From NCBI RefSeq assembly GCF_001194135.2, contig NC_069004.1, forward strand, positions 15,232,179 through 15,267,325: a stretch of 35,147 nucleotides of DNA, written 5' to 3'. The notes under the pieces were generated by a model. That model was given only the letters and a program-made list of their open reading frames with translations. It searched no databases and was not told the DNA's origin. Of this stretch, positions 25,796 through 35,147 are shown piece by piece; position 1 is the first letter of the stretch, and each line of letters starts with the position of its first letter. A program made the position numbers and the translations under genes. The stretch is from Octopus bimaculoides. Its lineage: Eukaryota.

Positions 25796-25998
25796 TATAT
25801 ATACACACATACACTATATCTATATATAAAAATATATGAGCTTCTTTCAGTTTCTATCTACCCAATCCATTTACATGGCTTCAGTTGCCCCAGGGGCCAT
25901 AGTAAAAGACATTTGCCCAAGGTGCCACACTGTAGGACTGAACATAGAACCAGGTGCTTCGGAAGCAAACCTTTTACCACACTGCCATACCTGCACCT
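25419..25998 (-). mobile_element. CORE-like SINE with greatly expanded internal microsatellite
   Basis: Both halves are recognisable around about 230 bp of (TA)n/(CA)n. Confidence 0.7.
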
Positions 25999-26031
25999 TA
26001 CACCCCACCCCCCACATACACACATTATCTG

Positions 26032-26315
26032 AAATGTATAGTATTAAATATTCATCATGGCTGGTTTTACCAATCGGTTTTGCATAAAGAGTTCGAAGGA
26101 GTGTTAGGTAACAAACTGATTATATAACTTTACACTCATCAGAGTTAGCTGATATGGAAAAGAATATGGTGACTTTGCCATATTTCCTTCCATATCAGCT
26201 AACTCTGATGAGCATAAAGTTATATAATCGGTTTGTTACCTAATACTCCTTTGTATTCTATAAGCAAAACCAATTGATAAGACCAGTTGTGATGGATATT
26301 TAATACTATACATTT
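26032..26315. mobile_element. Fold-back element C (older, roughly 85% arm identity) with decayed hammerhead-like cores
   Basis: Arms of about 138 bp around an 8-nt loop (26170-26177). CTGATGAG at 26205 (+) and 26142 (-); the GAAA half-core is degenerate. Confidence 0.65.
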
Positions 26316-26526
26316 TAAAGGTGGCAAGCTTGTGCCTAGAGTAGAGAAGAATACTATACATTTCAAATATTGTACCCACCTCTACTGACAGATATACAAA
26401 TACATCTTTTCCCTGACTTATGGTCTCTTAGACAAATTATGCATGATATATATATACATATACACACACACACACATATATATGCACACACGCATACATA
26501 CATACATCTATCTTTCTATCTGTGTG

Positions 26527-26558
<32 letters not shown>

Positions 26559-26611
26559 TATATATGCACACATGCATACATACATATATCTATCTATGTG
26601 TGTATGTATAT

Positions 26612-26668
<57 letters not shown>

Positions 26669-27060
26669 AGTGGAGGTGTGTGGCTTAGTGATGAGTGTGT
26701 TGGACTCATGATTGTTAAGATTGTGGCTTCAATATTTGAACTGGGTAATATGTTGTGCTCTTGAGCAAAACATCTCATTTTATATTTCATGTTCCAATCT
26801 ACTTGGCTGGCAAAAATGAGTATTCCTGCGACGGTCCGGCACCTCATTTCAGGGGCTGGAGAAATATATGAGCCATGGAAACTGCAAAACTGGTCCTGTG
26901 AGTCCATGACTCAAGAAGAATCTTTTACCTTTTTTTGTTTTATATATATATATGTGGAAGAGTGTGTGCATAGATGTGTAACACTTCGTTCTGAAGCATA
27001 TGGGCATTGAGTTCAGCACAAAGTTATCAGTCTCATAATGCCTCAGTGGAATATTATATA

Positions 27061-27278
27061 CGAGGGGGTGCTGAAAAGTTCCTTGCTTTAAGGTTATCAC
27101 AAAAGGCCTGGTTGGAGGCGCAATCTTCAAAGTTCTTCTACAGATCTTAGAAAAACTGAAGGGCTGTCACAATAAGTGTGTGGATCTGAAAGGGGAATTA
27201 TGTTTGATAAAATCATAATTAACTGATCCTCCTGTATTTTGTTTTAGCCAAAGCCTGAAACTTTTCAGCACTCCCTTA
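27061..27278. mobile_element. Mariner-type MITE, same family, opposite orientation (partial copy also at 23905-23980)
   Basis: cgagggggtgctgaaaagttcc...cttttcagcactccctta, TA flanks. Confidence 0.8.
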
Positions 27279-27497
27279 TATACATATGTATAAATATGTA
27301 TATACATACATACATGAACTGCACAAAATATGGTTGAGCTAAGGGAAAGAAATCTATGTAACAGACAGACAAATAGACAGAGAAGGGGAGTAAATTTGTA
27401 ATTCTCTCTCTCTCTACCTTTCTCGATGTTATATGTTCATTGACAGAACACCCACCCACTCTTTCACACATGCATGATACACAGTTATAAACGCTCA

Positions 27498-27970
27498 TAT
27501 ATAAATTAACTGAAACGTGAGGGCAGTGGTGAGGGAGGAAGAGGAGGAGGAGAAGAAGAAGAAGAAGAAGAAGAAGAAGAAGAAGAAGAAGAAGAAGAAG
27601 AAGAAGAAGAAGAAGAAGAAGAAGAAGAAGAAAAGGAAGAGGGTGACCAGCAACTGAAAACCGAGAAACTTGGTTCGTGGCAAGTCCACGCGTCCGGTCC
27701 TGGTTAAATCGATAGAAACAACGTGAAAGTAGTTCAAATTGTTGAATAGTTTTATCAGATGTAAACAGCTGGTGTTGACGTCAAAGCTAAAATGAACTGA
27801 GCTTCGAACTTTCCATTCAAACAGCCCTTGTGTAGGCGTTTGCCCAGTTTTATGAATGAAACTCTTCCTTACTACGCCAGACACGTATAGTAATGGCTTG
27901 ATGCTGCAGAAGGAGAAACAAACTGGACTGGTCAAGGAAAGAGAAAATAAAGAGAAACGCCACTTTAGTA
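27498..27970 (+). promoter_or_regulatory. Putative promoter/5' leader of the F-box gene
   Basis: TATATAAA at 27498-27505, CpGs visibly more frequent than in flanking DNA, a purine tract, and several upstream ATGs. The TSS is not observable. Confidence 0.4.
27552..27632 (+). repeat. (GAA)27 trinucleotide repeat inside a 113-nt pure purine tract (27531-27643)
   Basis: Read directly from sequence. Confidence 0.95.
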
Positions 27971-28488
27971 ATGAGTGAACTTATGAATGTCGCTGTCGAC
28001 GATGAAAGTTGGGGAGAAGTTGTCCATTTAGAGGGTCAGATGAGAAGAGCTGAGAGATGTTACATCAACGAATTGCCGGGTGAACTCATAGCGAGGATCT
28101 TCCAGTACTTTCATCCTGTAGAGGACCAGTTGTCCCTTTTGGCTTTTGTTTGTCGTAAATGGCGAGACGTATTAAAACATACAGCTACACTGTGGCGATC
28201 ATTACATATTAACCCGACACGGTATAGCTACTGGCACTTTAGCCTCGTCTGTTCTATATTTCGTGTTTACGGACATCACATACAGAAACTAATATGGAGA
28301 GAACAGTCACCAGTCTACGAAAGTGTATTCTCTCTCATTCCCCGCTTGAGGAATCTGCGTTATCTTCGTCTACCAATTTTGTGGACAAGAGCCGTCGTTG
28401 AGAGCCTGGCACCTCTCAGTAATATGGAACAGGTCCAAATCAATGGAGGTTTCTCTCTTACGGATGGCGATCTTTTACAGATAGCACG
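27971..28488 (+). CDS. First coding exon of an F-box/LRR-type (FBXL-like) protein; continues beyond a phase-2 intron, downstream exons not found in window
   Basis: Non-repetitive 172-codon frame. F-box motif INELPGELIARIFQYFHPVEDQLSLLAFVCRKWRDVLKHTATLWRSL is followed by LRR-like LRNLRYLRLP and LSNMEQVQINGGFSLTD. In-frame TGA upstream at 27899 and a consensus donor GTGAGT at 28489-28494. Confidence 0.9.
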
Positions 28489-28725
28489 GTGAGTGACAAA
28501 CCTCTTCTTGTTTTTCTTCTTTTTAAGTGGTAACATGTAACTGACGAAAGTAGCAGTAGTAGTTGACGTTTAACCCCAGGTCAGTCCTGATCAACCATTC
28601 CTGTAATCAAATACATTGCAGATGTGACCATCCCGTACATTTTATGTCCAAGCATAGCATGTCTAGGACTACATATTCAAACACGTCCTCATTGTTTTAA
28701 AACAGTAGGGTATGACATAAGGGAG

Positions 28726-29107
28726 TGGAGGCGCAATGGCCCAGTGGTTAGAGCAGCGGACTCGCGGTCATAGGATCGCGGTTTCGATTCCCAGACCGGG
28801 CGTTGTGAGTGTTTATTGAGCGAAAAGACCTAAAGTTCTACGAGGTTCCGACAGGGGATGGTGGCGAACCCTGCTGTACTCTTCCACCACAACTTTCTCT
28901 CACTCTTACTTCCTGTTTCTGTTGTGCCTGTAATTCAAAGGGCCAGCCTTGTCACACTCTGTGTCACGCTGAATATCCCCGAGAGCTACGTTAAGGGTAC
29001 ACGTGTCTGTGGAGTGCTCAGCCACTTGCACGTTAATTTCACGAGCAGGCTGTTCCGTTGATCGGATCAACTGGAACCCTCGACGTCGTAAGCGACAGAG
29101 TGCCAAC
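28726..29107 (+). mobile_element. Full-length tRNA(Arg)-like SINE in F-box intron 1
   Basis: A box TGGCCCAGTGG at 28737, B box GTTTCGATTCC at 28781, TCG anticodon-like loop. TSD ATGACA(TA)AGGGAG at 28712-28725 and 29108-29119. Confidence 0.9.
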
Positions 29108-29645
29108 ATGACAAGGGAGATTAGGTTGATATTTCTAGCAGGGTGGGTGACCCTGTAGAAGTTTCCTCGTTTACTACCACTACTAAAATTTGAATGGTTT
29201 TGTCCCATCACCAAACAGAACAAGCCCTCTCACCCTTCCAGTTATCACAGCTATCCTACTTCAGTCCCAGCATCTCCAAGATTTTGGTCAACAGCAACAA
29301 AATATTATTTTCCTTCTCATTTACTATCAGCAGGGCCTATGAGAGTGAGTGTCAGCCAGTCAGGGCCTGGAAAAGCAAGGACACCCTTCCACCCATCCTT
29401 AGCAAAAGCAAAAAGAAACAGACAGGAGAAAAGTACAGAACACTAACTTTGGAAGCAGCCCCTTCCCCATATCAGACCTTGAAAGTCGTTTTGTTCCATC
29501 TTTCCCGATTTCTCTTGGAGACCCTTAACATAACTAAAATGCAAATTACTAGACATTTTATGTTTCTTTTTTTTTTTTTTTGGCATCCTATACCAATGAT
29601 TGATCCTTTTGAAAACTTAGCATACACTTGATATGAGTGAAATTG

Positions 29646-29691
<46 letters not shown>

Positions 29692-30034
29692 GAAATTTGA
29701 CTGATGATTTCTATCTATCTATCTATCTATCTATCTCTCTCTCTCTATATATATGTATATATTCGATTAGAGGTTGTGTTAGCCTCATGAAGGGATGGTG
29801 TCATCCAAGAAAATACTGGTTCAATATCTAATATTTTGGGAGAATTAATTTCCTTAAGACAATAGGTATATATATAAAACCATACAATTTATAGTCATAT
29901 AAAAGAAGAAACAGAAAATGGAGATTGAGAAGTTAAAAATTGTTTATTATTAACAACAGGTTAATCATCATCCCTTACAGCTGTTTCAATTAATACTAAG
30001 TGAATTGATTAGAGCCCCACATACAAGCATTACC

Positions 30035-30435
30035 AAGGTGGTTTTAGGATATCAGTCTTCTCAAACACTGCAAAAAGCAAGTCATCTCAGTCCTTTCTCA
30101 TCTCCTCTGTAAGACTCAACATGTTGAGATTGCCCTTCAATATTTCATCCCATTTCTTTCTGGGTCTCCTTCTTCCACAAGTTCCATTCAATTTAAGTGA
30201 TTGGCTTTCCATTATGAAAACTGTCCTCGTTTGTATGCATCATATGACCAAAGCAGCATAGTCTTCTCTCTTGCACGCTACATCTAATTCCTCTTAATAC
30301 ACTAGCACTCTATTGTACGTGCACACTGACATTGCACTTCCATTGAAGCATACTAGCGTCATTCCTCTACAGTCTTCATATGTCCTCTGCATTTAGGGCC
30401 CATGTCTCATTACCATATAGCATTACTGTTTGTAC
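30035..30435 (-). mobile_element. RTE LINE 3' segment (family A)
   Basis: VQTVMLYGNETWALNAED...RNDASML...GTCGRRRPRKKWDEILK. Confidence 0.75.
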
Positions 30436-30444
30436 TTCGCTTTG

Positions 30445-30805
30445 TGATATGGTGAGCTCTGAGGAAGCTAAGGATTGAAGAATGGCTTGTGGAAGCTGTA
30501 TAGGCCATGTACAAGGGTGCTGTCAGTTAGGTAAGAGTTAACCATGAGTACAGTGACAAATTTAGTGTTCAGCAGAATTGTTTCTCAACCCCCTCCTATT
30601 CATCATCGTCCACCAGGCCATAACAGAAATTTAAAACTGGTTTCCCATGGGAGCAACTATATGTTGATGATCTTGCTGTCATAACAGAATTGGTAACAGA
30701 ACTAGAAAAGCAATTCCAGGTGTGGAAGCAAAACCTGGAATCAAAGTGTCTTAAAGTTAACTTAGCAAAGATCAATGTGTACCTAGTGCAAGCTATGGAC
30801 ACTCT
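30445..30805 (+). mobile_element. RTE LINE RT core segment (family A), inverted relative to the adjacent 3' segment
   Basis: IW*ALRKLRIEEWLV...PLLFIIV...PWEQLYVDDL...KCLKVNLAK. Confidence 0.75.
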
Positions 30806-31631
30806 AGGGATACTTGCAGCTTTAAGGAGAGAAAAATTAACATTACATCTTTTGGTGGTTTTCCCTGGATACTTACTGATAACGAAATCAAGCACAAAAT
30901 AGTGTGGTCCATTATATGTAAGACACAGCCATACAAAGGTAGTAACAGTGTTTGGAATTTGGGCATAACTGAAGCTTATGAAATAATTAAGTACAAACTG
31001 AATATTATCAACCAAAGAGGTGATATAATAATAATAAATTAAATTAAATAATAATAGTAATGAATTGCTTGCATTTGTACAGCATGTCATTCCAACACAA
31101 CTCAAAAAATTAACATAGCAGCTTCATCTAAATACTTGATTAACAATACTTCAACTGGAAACCTTATATGCATATCCCCCACAGGACATTATAACCTCTA
31201 TTTTCATCTTTTCCAGATTTCTTCACTTTCTTCCTTAATTTACCCTAATTAGTTTATCTAATCCTGGTTCAACTGAACTAATTTGATCAGCAGCTCAGCA
31301 CTACCCCTAAGGAATACTGATATGTATGGATTTTGATTTGTTGATTACCTTTAATCTTTAAAATATCATCTAGTTAACTACAAATATTTCAAGTACAGCA
31401 TTTTGTACCATTAATCCTTTTATATCTTTACTGTTATTTACCCACTAACATATAATCCAGTGCTTGAACAATACAAATAGTTTGTTCTAAATTCTTTAGA
31501 TTGATCCTAGATTTTATTTCCTGCACTTCATTTCACCTGATTTCACCTTATCTCATTTTACCCTATCTTATTTATACAATTACAATTTATTTGTTTATTT
31601 ATCCATATACTTTTATCTCGTTATATCCATT

Positions 31632-32286
31632 TATCTTTTATCTTTCACTTGTTTCAGTCATTAGACTGTAGCCATGCTGGGGCACTGCCTTGAAGAATTT
31701 TTAGTCAAATGAATGGACTCCAGTACTTAATTTTTTTAAAGCCTGGTGCTTATTCTATTGGTCTCTTTTGCTAAACTGCTAAGTTATAGGGATGTAAACA
31801 TACCAATTCCAATTGTCAAGTAGTTGGGAGGGGCGGGGACAGACATAGACACCAAAGACACACACACACATATATGATGGGCTTCTTACAGTTTCCATAT
31901 ACCAAATCCACTCACAAGGCTTTGGTGAGTCTAAGGCTGTAGTAGAAGACACTTATTTCTTTATTGCCCACAAGGGGCTAAACATAGAGGGGACAAACAA
32001 GGACAGACAAAGGGATTAAGTTGATTACATCGACCCCAGTGTGTAACTGGTACTTAATTTATCGACCCCGAAAGGATGAAAGGTAAAGTCAACCTCGGTG
32101 GAATTTGAACTCAGAACGTAACAGCAGACGAAATACCGCTAAGTATTTTGCCCGGCGTGTTAACGTTTCTGCCAGCTCGCCGCCTTGTAGTAGAAGACAC
32201 TTGCCCATGGTGGCACACAGTGAGACAGAATCCAGAACCATGTATTTGGTAAGCAAGCTTTTTACCACATAGCCACACCTATACCT
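31632..32286 (-). mobile_element. CORE-like SINE hosting a nested SINE
   Basis: The host resumes exactly at gcccatggtgg after the 17-bp TSD. Confidence 0.8.
31955..32185 (-). mobile_element. tRNA-derived SINE with Nin/Deu-like core, nested, 17-bp TSD
   Basis: TGTAGTAGAAGACACTT at 31938-31954 and 32186-32202. Core (minus) CCTTTCATCCTTTCGGGGTCGATAAATTAAGTACCAG. Confidence 0.9.
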
Positions 32287-32534
32287 ATTTATAACTTATG
32301 TAACAATAAAAATAGGGAAAATATCTTAACTCATATAATCGTTAATACAATAGCCTAACTTAGCTTGAATCAGTACAAATGCATGAATATTGTCTCCCCA
32401 GATACTTTTTGTATGTAGTAATATTTTAATCCGTTTTCGTTAATTAATTAACTCTTAATCTCATACTATTATATCACTACATTGAAATTAGTGCTCTGTG
32501 ACATACTGTATGTGTGTGAGTGTGTGTGCGTGTG

Positions 32535-32568
<34 letters not shown>

Positions 32569-32915
32569 CACAGGTATGGAGAAAAGTATATGATTGTACT
32601 TGTTAATACTCACATATGAATGTATGAATATGTGCACTGAAGTGTTTTTGATTATTCATATAAAGAGAATATGCATGTATGGATCCTATACCAAGATTCT
32701 TGAGAAAGTATTGCCATTCCTCAAAACCAGCAATGTGAAATTCCAACAACTTAAGCCCCCCTTTCTGTTTCTGAACTTTCATTTGATTCTAAGCCTTATT
32801 TTGCTCTCCTTTTATGTCTCCCTCTTTCTACTGACTATATGCCTTATTCATTATTCATTTATTCATCATTTATTTGTTTATTTATTTATTTATTTATTCT
32901 ATTATTCATCTAAAC

Positions 32916-33278
32916 TAATGGTTCTCAACTATTTTTTATCTATCGACCCCTTTGCTTACTGCTTTACATGAGTAGACCCCTATAGTCACTCAATGTTCAA
33001 ACACTAGTTTTGTTTTTCACATATCAACTTGTGTAGGTTGAATTATGTAAAATGTTAGAGAAAGAAACCTAACTGTTTCTTGCAATACATACCAACACAT
33101 ATATCTAAAGCAAAATTTTTTCAGGGGTCCTTAAAATACTATTGTGGATCCCCAATTAACTATTTTGCTGCATGGACCCCCAATTTACTATTTTGCTGCA
33201 TGGACCCCCAATTTACTATTTTGCTGCATGGACCCCCAAAATCTCAGGAGCCATATGGATCATGGTTGAGAACTGCTG
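32916..33278. mobile_element. hAT-type MITE with 8-bp TSD and internal 28-bp x3 repeat (33154-33237)
   Basis: Ends taatggttctcaac / gttgagaactgctg. ATCTAAAC at 32908-32915 and 33279-33286. Confidence 0.8.
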
Positions 33279-33286
33279 ATCTAAAC

Positions 33287-34042
33287 TTATGGGTCTCTAT
33301 TTTTTACCTATGGATCCCTTTGACTACTATTTTATTCTGGTGGACCCCCATAGCCATTCAATGTTTAAAAATTAGTTTTATACATACTTCTTTTGAAATT
33401 CCTATTTTGTTTTTCACCCATTCACTTGTGTAGGTTTGCAATAAGACTCTCTAAGAGAACATTTTTTTTCTGTGGCCAGAAACATGTTAAATTATGTTAA
33501 GCATTAGAGAAAGAAACCTAGCTGTTTCTTGCAATAAATATAAAGGGTAAGGGTAAAGACCCCCTTCAGTCATGAATGATCATGGGATTGCATCTAGAAA
33601 GATACCCTCCGAGACAAGTCCAGGCAAGGTTGTTTATGGAAGACCAGCAGTTGCCCATGCATATCAGCCTCCCCTCCACACACCACTGATATTATCCAAG
33701 AGAAAGACAAAGGCCAATAGAGCTTGGCACCAGTGATGTCACAACTCATGTCTACAGCTGAGTGAACTGGAGCAATGTGAAATAAAGTGCCTTGTCCAAG
33801 AACACAAAAAAAAAAAACAGCCCAGTCCAGGAATTGAACTCACTATCTCATGATTGTAACCTGATGCTCTAACCACTGAGCCATGAGCCTTTACACTCAC
33901 AATAAATATATCTAAAGTAAAATGTGTCCATGGTCCCCTGAAAACATTACCATGGATCCATGATTTACTATTTTACATTTGTGAACCCTCAAAAATCTTA
34001 CATGGACACCCAGATCATATAGACCCTAGTTGAGAACCAGTG
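33287..34042. mobile_element. Second related hAT-type MITE in tandem, interrupted by a SINE
   Basis: Shares internal blocks with the first MITE (agagaaagaaaccta.ctgtttcttgcaata, atatctaaag.aaaa). Ends gttgagaaccagtg, then ATCTAAAT at 34043-34050. Confidence 0.7.
33543..33899 (-). mobile_element. Further tRNA-derived SINE inserted in hAT MITE, 11-bp TSD
   Basis: CAATAAATATA at 33532-33542 and 33900-33910. Head ggctcagtggttagagc...gagttcaattcc and (TTACCC)-like tail. Confidence 0.8.
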
Positions 34043-34367
34043 ATCTAAATTAATATTATCATGATCTGAATTAATATTATCATGGTCAACCTAGCTTTCT
34101 TTGGAAAATAGTTCTAACTTAGTAACCATATCTTCCTTTGAAACCAATTTCTTTGAAAATCTATTTTGTTATTTACTTTTTTTTACTTTTCTGGACATTT
34201 TAATTTTTAATTTCTTTTTTATTTCTGACTTTGCTATATTTATCTACTGCTTCTCTCTTTGAATTTGAATGATATATGGTAACTATTCTTTTAAAGCAAA
34301 TCATAAATGGCAACACATTGAGTACATCTATTGCTGGTGGATATATATATGTATGTTTGTATGTATA

Positions 34368-34429
<62 letters not shown>

Positions 34430-34434
34430 CATAC

Positions 34435-34492
<58 letters not shown>

Positions 34493-34821
34493 GTGTACGG
34501 TCAGCTTGCCCTCTATAGTAGACTTGCTGTTTTCAACTACTATATATCATTCTGAGGATTAATCGCTTAGTTTGCTTCCCAGCACCATTGTATGTATGGG
34601 TGAACACACACATATATTTATTTATATATGTATTTATGTGCATAATTTATATGCATAAAACTTACAAAATTATGAAACAGCTGTAAATGTGTGGAATAAA
34701 CGTCTATTCTTGACCTCACTTCTCTTATCTGTTCTATAATGATGATGATGAATATGTGTAACTACATGTTGCCCATTGGCAATTTCTTCTCTTCCTCCTT
34801 TTTTGGACTTTAACTTTTCTC

Positions 34822-34856
34822 TTTTCTGATGAAGAGCTATGCTCGAAATGTTAAAC
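34822..34856 (+). ncRNA. Minimal Penelope-type hammerhead motif (solo, probably CpG-decayed)
   Basis: CTGATGA-A-GAGC-TAT-GCTC-GAAA-TGTT (ancestral palindrome AACGTT likely). Helix I is only UUU/AAA. Confidence 0.55.
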
Positions 34857-34979
34857 TCTCTCCTTTCACCGAGCATCAAGCTAATATACTTCTTGTGCAC
34901 GTCCCCATGTTCGTTGTTTTTCTTCTTTTTTTTTGGGGGGGGGGAGTATTTGAATTGATTATTTATATATATATATATT

Positions 34980-35147
34980 TCGAGCGTGGCCGTTTTCGTG
35001 CGGGTGACACGTAAAAGCACCCACTACACTCTCTGAGTGGTTGGCGTTAGGAAGGGCATCCAGCTGTAGAAACTCTGCCAAATCAGACTGGAGCCTGGTG
35101 TTGCCATCCGGTTTCACCAGTCCTCAGTCAAATCGTCCAACCCATGC
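34980..35147 (+). mobile_element. SINE body with RTE-like tail region, running off window end
   Basis: ggttggcgttaggaagggcatccagctgtagaaa...ccaacccatgc. A related fragment lies at about 21800-21910. Confidence 0.65.

Noticed and set aside
27495-27935. 146-aa minus-strand ORF with poly-Phe
   Set aside because: It is the antisense read-through of the (GAA)27 tract, with no domain-like content.
28726-28800. tRNA-Arg-like gene
   Set aside because: There is no acceptor-stem pairing, and it is the head of a 382-bp SINE with TSDs and a second copy in the window.
20750-29107. Inverted pair of Arg-like SINEs as a dsRNA editing substrate
   Set aside because: They are about 7.6 kb apart with the likely F-box TSS between them, so they are unlikely to share a transcript.
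33154-33237. 28-bp repeats, and the 4986-5402 array, as CRISPR-like arrays
   Set aside because: The units are contiguous with no unique spacers, the context is eukaryotic, and there are no cas genes.
35100-35130. Minus-strand CUGAGGA-CUGGU-GAAA-CCGG as a hammerhead
   Set aside because: No helix II pairing, no U16.1-H17 and no helix I; it lies in a SINE body.

Overview
AT-rich, microsatellite-dense animal genomic DNA with four scaffold gaps. It is most likely an octopus, inferred from the tRNA-derived SINE families and RTE LINEs, not from a database search. The only host gene I can support is the first coding exon of an F-box/LRR protein (27971-28488, +), which is followed by a GT donor and a long intron. 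The rest is layered transposon debris: RTE, R4/Dong-like, CR1-like and Penelope-like retroelement relics, at least four SINE families, mariner-type and hAT-type MITEs, and two candidate solo LTRs. The most striking signal is four sequence-unrelated fold-back elements (13057-13252, 22331-22771, 22847-23228, 26032-26315). Each arm carries an outward-facing type I hammerhead ribozyme core (CUGANGA...GAAA...UH), near-intact in two elements and decayed in two. There is also a solo hammerhead (34826) and a decayed Penelope-like ORF that ends in a decayed hammerhead. I read these as non-autonomous, head-to-head Penelope pLTR derivatives. The ribozyme folds were done by eye and are untested.
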